Below are positions 47,001-57,260 of a DNA stretch of 64,000 bases, in pieces. This stretch comes from Polyangiaceae bacterium. Its GTDB lineage: Bacteria > Myxococcota_A > Polyangia > Polyangiales > Polyangiaceae. The notes beneath the pieces are model-generated. The model had not been told where the DNA came from. It saw only the letters and a program-made list of their open reading frames with translations, and did no database searches. The DNA lies in NCBI GenBank assembly GCA_965222375.1, contig CBDCTZ010000016.1:2944001-3008000 (forward strand), in the 5' to 3' direction. The position numbers and the translations under genes are program-made. The first letter of the stretch is position 1; each line of letters opens with the position of its first letter.

Positions 47001-49612
47001 GGCGCTGCAACCTGCCGCCCGAGCAACTCGATCATCTCGCCCTGGCTGCCTTCTGCGTCTGCGTGGAACTCGCCGGTGACATTCGAGATGATCGGGGTCT
47101 TCGGCACGGTTAAGTCCATCCGCCGCAGTACCACTTTCAAGGGTTCGCTGGCCGGCGCGACGATCTCCGAGTGAAACGCGTGACTGACGTTGAGGCGGAT
47201 GGCGTTGTAGCCAGCTTCTTCGACGGCACGGATGGCGCTCTCTACGGCCGCGGTCGCGCCGCCGATGACGCTCTGATGATGGCTGTTGATGTTTGCGATG
47301 ACGACGTAGCCGTCTATGCCGTCTAGAATCTTCTGCACTTCGTCCGTGGGCGCAGCCACGGCGGCAAGGATCCCGTTGTCCTCCACGGTCAGCTCCGCCA
47401 TTTCGCGTCCGCGGGCGCTCACCACTTCGAGGGCGCTCTGGAACGTGAGGGATCCGGCGGCTACTAGCGCCCCGTACTCGCCGAGGCTGTGACCCATGAC
47501 GAGATCTGGCTTGAGTCCGTGGTCGGCGAGAAGTCGAGTGAGTGCCACGTCTGCGGTAAGCACCGCAGGTTGAGTGATCTCGGTGCGTCGCAGTGCGGCC
47601 TCGGCGGCCGCTTTCTGTTCCTTCGACGCGTCATTCGCGACGAAGATGATGTCAGTCAGGTGCTTGCCAATGAGCGGCTCCATGACCCGGTCCGCCTCCG
47701 CGAATGTCTCACGCACGACGGGTTCGACCTCGGCGAGATGATGAAGCATGTTCGCGTACTGAGAGCCCTGGCCCGGGTAGAGGAAGGCGACCTTGCCGGG
47801 CTTTCCGCTACCGCGGAACACGCCGCGTCCTCGGAGCAACTGCCAGCCCTTGGGTTCGTCCTTCGCGAGGGCCTTCAGGGCGCGTTGAGTCTTGTCAGCC
47901 AAATCCGTCGCGTCGTGAAACTCGATCGCAAGCCGTTCTTTTGCGCCTACGGACTCTCGAGAAGGCGCGGCTGGCATGGGCGCATGGTTCGAGGCGGCCT
48001 GCTCGTGCAGCCGTCGGAGTTGGCTTTCGAGCTCATTCCGGGAGCCCGCTCCGAGCACCACCGTGCTGCTCGCGGGCGTCTTGCCCGGACCGGCCTTATG
48101 AGGTCGGAGCGCCGCGCCGCCGACTGGAGCTGTCGCGGGTACGGACGTCTGGCTGCGCCCGCGGCGATCCGTGAGTAGACCTGGCACGTGCTCTTCGAGC
48201 ACGCAGTGGAAGTTCGTGCCTCCGAAACCAAACGCGCTCACCCCCGCCCGACGAATACCGTCGCCATTGCCGTTGGGCTTGGGCCAATCTCGGTACTCCG
48301 TGTTTACGGCGAAGGGGATCTTGCCGAACGGGATGTTTGGGTTGGGTGCGTTGAAGCTCAGGCTCGGGACGAGCTTCTTTTCGTGCAGGCACAGCGTGGC
48401 CTTGAGTAGGCCGGCCGCGCCTGCTGCAGCCTTGAGATGGCCGATGTTCGACTTCACCGAGCCCAGAGGGACTGAGCCCGTCGCGAGCCCGGCCTTGCCG
48501 AAGACCTCGGCGAGACTCTGTACTTCGACGACGTCGCCCACTTTGGTGGAGGTGCCATGGCCTTCGATCATGGACACGCCTGCGGGGCTCACCCCGGCAC
48601 CCTTCCACGCTCGTTCAATGGCAAGCTTCTGCCCCACAGGGTTGGGCGCAGTGATGCCCTTGCCCTTGCCATCACTGGAGCCGCCCACCCCACGCAGTAC
48701 GGCGTAGATCCGATCGCCTGCCTTCTCGGCGTCAGCCAAGCGTTTGAGCAGAAACAGCACGGCGCCCTCCCCCATGACGAAGCCGTCCGCTCCATCTGCG
48801 TAGGGTCGCGTTCCGGTCGCCGAGAGCGCACCGATCTTGCAGAATTTCACGAAGGAGCTCGGGCCCATGTTGCGGTCGATACCGCCCGTGAGTACCGCAT
48901 CGAAATCGTGCTCCGTCAGCCCTTCAACTGCTGCGCTGATGGCTGCCATGGCTGAAGCGCAAGCGGCGTCGACCACGTAGTTGGGACCGCGGAAGTTGAA
49001 GAGATTGGCGATGCGTCCCGCGATGCAGTTCGCCAGCTCACCAGGCATCGTGTCTTCGGTGATGGGCGGAAGCCGCTCGCCGAGCACGCCCTGTAGCTCT
49101 GTTTCGATCTTCTTGCGAAGGGCTGGATCGAGGGAGGCGAAGCTCTCGGTGCTCTCCAGCGCCGCAGCATACTCGGGAAAGAAGATCCGCATCGTAGTGA
49201 GATAGTGTTTCTCACCGGCCATGGCGTTGCCGAGGATGATGGCAGTTCGCTCCAGGTCGAGGGGCCGCTCCGGATATCCGAAGTCGAGCAGCGCCTGGCG
49301 TGTGCAACCAACGGCCCACTTCTGGCCGACGTCCATGGCATCCCCAACCTTCGGAGGCAGCGGCAGCCGCCACCGGAATGGGTCCCATTCGAAATCTCGC
49401 ACCCAGCCACCGATCTTGGAATACGTCTTGTCCGCGGCAGCCTGGGGATCTGGATCAAAGTAGGCGTCCGGATCCCAACGCTCCGGATCTACGTCGGAGA
49501 TCGAATATCGGCCCTGGGAAACGTTCTGCCAGAACGTTTTCGTGTCCGGGGCGTCGGGCAGCACGGTGCCTACTGCGCAAATCGCGATCGCGCGATCAAT
49601 CGGTGTTTCCAT
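41009..49612 (-). CDS. Type I PKS/FAS-like megasynthase KS-AT-KS-ACPx4-KR-DH (2867 aa)
   Basis: KS1 DAACAS/HGTST/NIGHLK; AT GHSLG/HAFH; KS2 NAACAS/SHETYT/TGHPMG; four ACP repeats; KR TGAAGSI and [22 protein letters not shown] and HGPAYQ. No ER or TE seen. Confidence 0.92.
   Translation of the reverse strand: [2867 protein letters not shown]
43535..44720 (-). repeat. Four tandem ACP-coding repeats of about 240 bp
   Basis: [77 protein letters not shown] x4, separated by Ala/Pro linkers at 303-324 bp spacing. Confidence 0.95.
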
Positions 49613-49665
49613 CGTCTCTCTCGTCCCTCAGAAAAATGCGGGTTTGCCCCGAAAAATGGCGTCGT

Positions 49666-51327
<1,662 letters not shown>

Positions 51328-51641
51328 TTCTCCCATACCTCCGTGAGTGGCTGAGCCCCCGAGCATAGGTCATGCAGGCGGCGCCGCACTTCGCGATTCT
51401 GTCATTCGCGGGCCGTCGTTGACACGTGCTCGACGTGCTCGGAGGGCGCGAGAAGTCGGCGCAGTTTTCGCGCCCTCCGGAAGCCAGCTGAGGCCGACCT
51501 GAACAGACGTCCTCAGACTCCCAAAGCCGTGTTTTGCTGGCTCGTTCGGAACGCCATCTACGTGTCACATTTGACTGCGCTCACAGCCGCGCAAAGTTGT
51601 CGCGGCGCACGTCAGCCGTCGCGGCAGCGAGCACGGCCAAC

Positions 51642-53612
51642 TCAAATCAGGAGTGAGTCGGCGATGACTTCTACGCACGACGGGCCGTCGTGGGCGAGGG
51701 CTCGGTCCAGGGCGTCGTCCAACTGCTTCGCCTCCGTCACCCGAATCCCCAAAGCACCGCAAAGTTCCGCATACTTGCTGAAATCTGGGTTGTGCAGAGA
51801 GGTTTCCCAAGCGTCCCAGTTGCCGGCGAGTTGCTCCTTCGTGATCTTGCCGAGTTCGTCGTTGTGGAGGAGCACATGCGTGATGTTCATGCCGTACTTC
51901 ACGGCCGTCGTGAGCTCAGCGAGGTACTGCCCGAAGCCGCCGTCTCCACTCACCGCAACGACTTTGCGCCCGCGGAAGCGTGGGTCGTCTTCTTGGGTCG
52001 CACACCACGCGCCCATGGCAGCGGGATAGGCAAAGCCAATCGAACCAAGATAGCCACTCATGAGCACTGCCTGGCGTTTGCACTCGAAGTAGCGGCCGAA
52101 GGAGTAGGTGTTGTTACCCACGTCTACGGCGATGATGGCGTCTTCCGGCACCCGACGACTCATGGCAGCGAAGATTGAAGCGGAGTGGACGCCCTTGCCG
52201 CGTGACTCGAGCTCGCGCTTGGATTTTTCGGCACGCCAGATTGACCAGCGCTCGGCTGTCTCGGCGGTGTGGTCGATGCTTTGGTGCTTGCCCGTGAGCA
52301 ACTCGCGAAACAGAGCGACAGTGACGCCTATCTCTCCCCACACGGCCACGTCCACGGCGTGAAACTTGCCGAGAACCATGGGATCGAAGTCGACCTGAAT
52401 AGTGGGCTTCTTGGGCGTGATGCCGGTGTGATTGCTGAAGCTGGCGCCAAGCACGAGCAGCAGGTCAGCCTCGTTCATGAACCAGCTCGCGATGGGAGTG
52501 CCGCTGCGCCCCAGCACGCCCCCGGCAAGCGGGTGCTCGTCACTGATCAGTCCCTTGCCCTTGAAGGTGGTGATCACCGGGCAGCGCAATAGTTCGGCCA
52601 GGGCAATGACGCTGTCCATGTGAAAGCGCGCGCCATGCCCCACAATGATGACGGGCCGTTTGGCCGCCACCAAGCGTTTCACTGCTTCATCGAGCTGCGC
52701 CGGGGGCGGAGCAATGTCCCGCTCGGTCAGTCGACCCTTCGGGCCACCCGGCTTGCTTCCTTCGGCCGCGGGAATGACCTGAACTTCATCGGGGAATATC
52801 AGGTGAGAGACGCCACGGTTCAAAATGGCGCTCTTGCAGGCCAAGTTGACGAGCTCCGCGTGGCGGCTGGAGTGCAGGACGGTCTGGCTCCACTGCGCCA
52901 CTTTCCCGAACGCGGCCGCCAGGTCCACCTCCTGGAACGCACCCGGACCCAGCACCTGGGTGTCTACCTGACCGGTGAGTGCCAATACCGGCGCGCGGTC
53001 CACGTTCGCATCCCAGAGCCCGGTCAGGAGGTTCGTCGCGCCGGGGCCCGCGATGCTCAGGCAGGCTGCTGGCCGGCCGGTGAGCTTGCCGTAGGCGGAG
53101 CAAGCGAAGGACGCCGCACCTTCGTGGCGGATCCCCACGTAGCCGAGGGCGCCAGCCGTGGTCTGGCGCCGGATCCCGTCGGCAAGTCCGAGGTTGCTAT
53201 GCCCGACCATTCCGAAAACCCACTTGATTCCCCAAGCCGCCATGGTCTCTGCCATGAGATCGCTGACGGTTGCGACGTGGTCGTCCTCGGCGGGAAAGCC
53301 GACGTAGACGCCGTCTTCGCGTACTTCAGTTGGAAACGTCTCCACACCATCGTCGTAGCCACCTGGCGGCTTGCCGGTGATGGGATCGAAGTCCCAGCCA
53401 TGCCAAGGGCAGCGCAGCATTCCGTTTTCGATGGAGCCTTCGCCCAAGGGCCCGCCTTGGTGGGGACAGCGGTTGTCTAGCGCCGCGTATTGCCCTTCGT
53501 GGTGGGTCAGGCACAGGGTCCGGTGCTCGCACGTCACCGGTTTCACGCGGCCCTCCGGGAGCTCTTTGGGACCCAAGGCCTTCAACCACACACGCTTTGT
53601 TGGAGCATTCAT
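51642..53612 (-). CDS. Rieske [2Fe-2S]-fused thiamine-diphosphate enzyme (pyruvate oxidase/acetolactate synthase family)
   Basis: N-terminal CPHQGGPL...CPWHGWDF; RHEGAASF, GPGATN, FQE, and GDGGF...N TPP motif. Confidence 0.9.
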   Translation of the reverse strand: MNAPTKRVWLKALGPKELPEGRVKPVTCEHRTLCLTHHEGQYAALDNRCPHQGGPLGEGSIENGMLRCPWHGWDFDPITGKPPGGYDDGVETFPTEVREDGVYVGFPAEDDHVATVSDLMAETMAAWGIKWVFGMVGHSNLGLADGIRRQTTAGALGYVGIRHEGAASFACSAYGKLTGRPAACLSIAGPGATNLLTGLWDANVDRAPVLALTGQVDTQVLGPGAFQEVDLAAAFGKVAQWSQTVLHSSRHAELVNLACKSAILNRGVSHLIFPDEVQVIPAAEGSKPGGPKGRLTERDIAPPPAQLDEAVKRLVAAKRPVIIVGHGARFHMDSVIALAELLRCPVITTFKGKGLISDEHPLAGGVLGRSGTPIASWFMNEADLLLVLGASFSNHTGITPKKPTIQVDFDPMVLGKFHAVDVAVWGEIGVTVALFRELLTGKHQSIDHTAETAERWSIWRAEKSKRELESRGKGVHSASIFAAMSRRVPEDAIIAVDVGNNTYSFGRYFECKRQAVLMSGYLGSIGFAYPAAMGAWCATQEDDPRFRGRKVVAVSGDGGFGQYLAELTTAVKYGMNITHVLLHNDELGKITKEQLAGNWDAWETSLHNPDFSKYAELCGALGIRVTEAKQLDDALDRALAHDGPSCVEVIADSLLI

Positions 53613-53760
53613 GTATTCGCACCCTTCGATGAGCGACCAAATGTAGCCCGTGCCTGGCATCGAGGTGGCGAAGGCTGATGTCCCCGGCCGCGGTGGCGTC
53701 GAGGCCGTCAATCTGCTCAATCCTCGCCTCCCTGTCGAGCCAGGTAGTCCATATCGCAAG

Positions 53761-53773
53761 TAGGCGTAGCCTA
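53761..53773. promoter_or_regulatory. Possible LysR box (T-N11-A dyad)
   Basis: TAGGC-GTA-GCCTA between the divergent Rieske-TPP gene and the LysR remnant. Short, so it may be chance. Confidence 0.3.
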
Positions 53774-53847
53774 TCGTGCTGGCCACATTGCTATGTCCGA
53801 CTTATCACGAACTGGACGGCAGAGCGCCAGCAAAGCCCACCTCGAAT

Positions 53848-54090
53848 ACCTCTCTGTCTCAACTCCGGTTCATCTGTGCCGCGGTCCAAGCCGGCAGTGT
53901 TCGGCGCGCAGCCAAGGCTCGTCGGGTGTCCCAACCGACGTTGAGCGTGCAAGTTCAGCAACTCGATGAGGAGCTGGGCATCCAGATCTTCGACCGGTTG
54001 ACCCAGCCCCTCACGGTCACCGCCGAAGGTCAGAAGATCATCGAGGAGGCCACCGTGGCCCGCTACGAGCTCAAGAAACTGCGTTCCCTC
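53848..54090 (+). pseudogene. LysR-family (OxyR-like) HTH fragment
   Basis: LSQLRFICAAVQAGSVRRAAKARRVSQPTLSVQVQQLDEELGIQIFDR...VTAEGQKII. No effector domain and no start codon at the expected place. Confidence 0.8.
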
Positions 54091-54304
54091 GTGCGAATAC
54101 ATAATCGCCATCTGCAAACACGCGTACGAGGTTGACCCGCGGCGAGCTCTTCGGGAGACGCTTGAACAACGCTGCCAGCCCGTCTCTCCCCTCGTGGGTC
54201 TGGGGGTTGTGCTGAATGTATTTGTCCGGATTGATGACCTCCACGGAGGCGCAGTCACCCGTCTCGATGCCCCTGAGCAGCGCGCAGATCCGTTTCTTTC
54301 GTTC
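54071..54304 (-). pseudogene. SnoaL/NTF2-like protein N-terminal fragment (not in the ORF track)
   Basis: Manual translation: RICALLRGIETGDCASVEVINPDKYIQHNPQTHEGRDGLAALFKRLPKSSPRVNLVRVFADGDYVFA, then a stop after 6 codons. In-frame TGA directly upstream. Confidence 0.75.
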
Positions 54305-54447
54305 TCAGTTCAATAGTTTTTCTCACGCCCCAGGTTGAGACCGCGATTGGATTGTGATGCGCGTTGCCTGCACCCCAGGTTGTCGACATAGGTCGAATCC
54401 TACCCGCTACAAACGGGAAGAGTCCGCCAAAGGCGGGCTCGACCATC

Positions 54448-54472
54448 TGGGTGCGCGGGCAGGATTTGCACC
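54448..54472 (-). repeat. Duplicated 3' end of tRNA-fMet (att-like)
   Basis: Minus strand GGTGCAAATCCTGCCCGCGCACCCA versus tRNA GGTTCAAATCCTACCCGCGCACCCG. Confidence 0.85.
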
Positions 54473-54550
54473 GCTCGAGTCAGGGAGGCCCAGGCATGCC
54501 GCTCCGCGGCCCATAGCGCCTCAAGGCGTCGCCAGAGGTCGAAGCCTACC

Positions 54551-54582
54551 CGAAATGAAAACGGCCCTGCGCCAGCAGGGCC
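54551..54582 (-). terminator. Intrinsic terminator after tRNA-fMet
   Basis: GGCCCTGC-TGGC-GCAGGGCC hairpin followed by GTTTTCATTTC on the minus strand. Confidence 0.8.
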
Positions 54583-54588
54583 AGTCGG

Positions 54589-54662
<74 letters not shown>

Positions 54663-54960
54663 CGGGCAACATAGTCTCGCCACTCTACGAGTCAAGCTCG
54701 ATCGCCTGGGGCCGTATGTATTCAATAAAACTCGACAAAAATGCCGGTGTAGGATGGGCTCAATGCACCCGGACGCTGGCCTGGTGGGTCTCGATCGCGC
54801 TGCAACTCGATGCCAGCACACATCCTCGGCCCGTCGTTTCAGATCGCTGAAGCCGCGCACACTGTTGGGTCCACCGGGTCAGGCTGCTTGATACCCGGGA
54901 GAAAGCCGGAGCCGCAGCGGTGACGATTTTCCGTCGCCCCCAGGAGGCCGTGCACCCGCT

Positions 54961-56088
54961 TCAGGTAGGAACCCGCACGCGGATCGGTTCCACGAGCCCA
55001 GCGCCCGCGGCGAAGTTGGCGAGGCGCCCAATCAACGCGGTGCTCAGCTCGCGATCCTTGCCAACCACCACATTGCCATTCTCTGCTCTAACGTCCTCGT
55101 CGAGCACCATGCCGCTCCGCATCTCTCGCACGAATACGGCCTTCACGGCATCCACGCGGATCGACGACCGGAAGCCCGCCATCGCATCGAGCAGCTTGGC
55201 ACTGTGGTTGCCGGATTTCTTCACCTCTGCCAGCCCGGACGAAACGCTCGCTCCTCCTGCAACCCATCGATCAAGCGCGAGAGCTAGGCTCAGCATCTCT
55301 GCTCCCAGCTGCTCTTCTTCCCCCGGAGGTTGCCAGGTCCCGAGCTGCCCGCGGATCATCGCCGCGGTCTGCTCGAGGCGCGGAATGTGAGCTAGCAACT
55401 GGTGCCCGATCTCTGGGTGCTTGTTGAGCATTTCCTGTTCAGCGGCGCTGAGGTCCTGTCCCGCATAGACCCGGTCCAAGGTCTCTGGCGGCAGACTGAT
55501 GCAGCCCACCTGGCACAGCAGCGCCGCCAGATCGTATTTCCACGGGTCCTCGATACCGAGCTTCTGGGTCATATGGGCGACATAGGACCGCACGTTGCGG
55601 CACCGGCTGAACGCAGTCGGCGAGGCGATGCTCAGCACCTCGCTCAGCACTTCCACGGCGCCGCGCAGCGTGTTTTCCAACAGCTCCTTTTCGGCAACCA
55701 GCAAGCGGTTCTGCTCGGCTGCTGCGCCCAAGGACCGCAGCAAAACGTCTTGGGGGCAGGGCTTGCACAAGAAGCGGAAGATATTGCCGTCGTTGACTGC
55801 GGAAATCGCGGAGTCCATGTCCGCCTGACCCGTCAACAGCACCCGCACGGTGTTCGGCACGGCTTCCCGCGCTTGAGCCAGGAACGCCGCGCCGTCCATG
55901 ATGGGCATGCGCATGTCAGACACCACGACCGCGAAGGGATCCTCGGATTGCAGTATTTGGAGCCCTTCGGCCCCGCTCGTCGCGGTGGTTACGTCGAAGT
56001 GCTCGAAGAGCGTTCGTTCGAGGCCCTCCAGCACGTTGGGTTCGTCGTCTACGCATAAGACCCTCGGCGGGTCGCTCGCTTCATGCAT
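54961..56088 (-). CDS. Response regulator, REC plus degenerate HD-GYP-like domain
   Basis: LCVDDE, SDMRMP, LTG, KP in the receiver; LAALLCQVG replaces LHDIG; HPEIGHQLL retained. Confidence 0.85.
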   Translation of the reverse strand: MHEASDPPRVLCVDDEPNVLEGLERTLFEHFDVTTATSGAEGLQILQSEDPFAVVVSDMRMPIMDGAAFLAQAREAVPNTVRVLLTGQADMDSAISAVNDGNIFRFLCKPCPQDVLLRSLGAAAEQNRLLVAEKELLENTLRGAVEVLSEVLSIASPTAFSRCRNVRSYVAHMTQKLGIEDPWKYDLAALLCQVGCISLPPETLDRVYAGQDLSAAEQEMLNKHPEIGHQLLAHIPRLEQTAAMIRGQLGTWQPPGEEEQLGAEMLSLALALDRWVAGGASVSSGLAEVKKSGNHSAKLLDAMAGFRSSIRVDAVKAVFVREMRSGMVLDEDVRAENGNVVVGKDRELSTALIGRLANFAAGAGLVEPIRVRVPT

Positions 56089-56099
56089 GCTCAACTACC

Positions 56100-57260
56100 T
56101 CAATTCCCCCTGAGTTCGTCCGCCATTCGCCGCCACCTGTCGAGCTGGTCCGCGACACCGAAGGCTTCCAAGTAGCCTGCGTCCGGATCATTGCCATTGG
56201 AAAGGCAATTGGCGACATAAACAGCTTCGTGAATTCCGAAGCTCGAATGGGCCGGCGTTCTCGACGGGTCGTGGTGGTTGGCGACAGCTTCCACGATCGG
56301 ATAGGGCAGCCCCCACAATCCGAGCAGATAGGCGCCGACTTCCGCGTGAGACACGGACAGCAGCTGACGTTCCGCTTCGAAGGCTGGGAGGCATTCGGCT
56401 TTGGCAAGCGCCAGCGCCGCCTCCAATTTTTCGGGATGCTCCACGGCAAGAACCAACTTGCCGGCGTCATGCAGCATCGCGGCCATGAAAGCATCGTCGG
56501 ACCTCTTTCGGTCCTTGATTAACTTTTTTGCGAGCGCGGCGCAGTGCAGGGCGTGAGACTGCACCTTGTCTATCGAGAAGCCTTTCACCTTGCAGTCCTT
56601 CGGAAGCGGTTGAAAGACCTCGACTGAGAGGACCAAGTTCTTGACCGTTTGAAACCCAAGCCGGACCACCGCCTCTCTCACGTCCGTAATGGCCGCACCG
56701 CGGCTGAAAAACGATGAGTTGACCAGCTGCAGGGTCTTTGCGCTCATGGCAGTATCGCGACACACGATTTTCGCTATCGCCTGGGCGTCGACGTTCGGTT
56801 CTGCCAATGCCTTCGTCAGCGCGGAGTACACCTTGGGGACCGAGGGCAGCTTTTTCAACTTACCAACGGTTTCCCGCAGTGTCACATCCCCGAGGACGGC
56901 GTGCAGTCCACATGCGCGGGCAACGGTTTCTTCCAACACGGCGGACTCGCAGGGCTTGGTCAAGAATTGATGTGCCACAGGAATGGCTCGCATGGCTGCC
57001 TCCAGTTCGGCGTGGCCAGACAGGATAATCCGCACGACGTGTGGGTACTTGCGACTCACTTCCCGCAAGAGCGCGGCGCCATCCATTCCGGGCATCCGCA
57101 TGTCTGTGACGATGACGTCGTAGGGGCCCTCGCTGAGCTCCTGGAGGGCGACCGTGCCGCTCTCCGCGAACTCCATTTCCCATTGGTCGGAAAGATGAAA
57201 AAGAGTCCTCTCGATCCCTTCCAAGATGTTTGGTTCGTCATCAACGAATAGAATTCTCAT
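56100..57260 (-). CDS. Response regulator, REC plus HDOD domain
   Basis: FVDDE, TDMRMP; LPSVPKVY, LQLVNSSFF, LHDAGKL, HAEVGAYLLGLWGLP. Confidence 0.92.
   Translation of the reverse strand: MRILFVDDEPNILEGIERTLFHLSDQWEMEFAESGTVALQELSEGPYDVIVTDMRMPGMDGAALLREVSRKYPHVVRIILSGHAELEAAMRAIPVAHQFLTKPCESAVLEETVARACGLHAVLGDVTLRETVGKLKKLPSVPKVYSALTKALAEPNVDAQAIAKIVCRDTAMSAKTLQLVNSSFFSRGAAITDVREAVVRLGFQTVKNLVLSVEVFQPLPKDCKVKGFSIDKVQSHALHCAALAKKLIKDRKRSDDAFMAAMLHDAGKLVLAVEHPEKLEAALALAKAECLPAFEAERQLLSVSHAEVGAYLLGLWGLPYPIVEAVANHHDPSRTPAHSSFGIHEAVYVANCLSNGNDPDAGYLEAFGVADQLDRWRRMADELRGN

Noticed and set aside
41009..49612. Standard PfaA PUFA synthase
   Set aside because: Extra internal KS, DT-type ACPs, PKS-type DH, and no pfaB/C/D/E-like genes in the window.
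54448..54530. Second complete tRNA gene
   Set aside because: Only about 25 nt of the 3' end match; no D or anticodon arm upstream.
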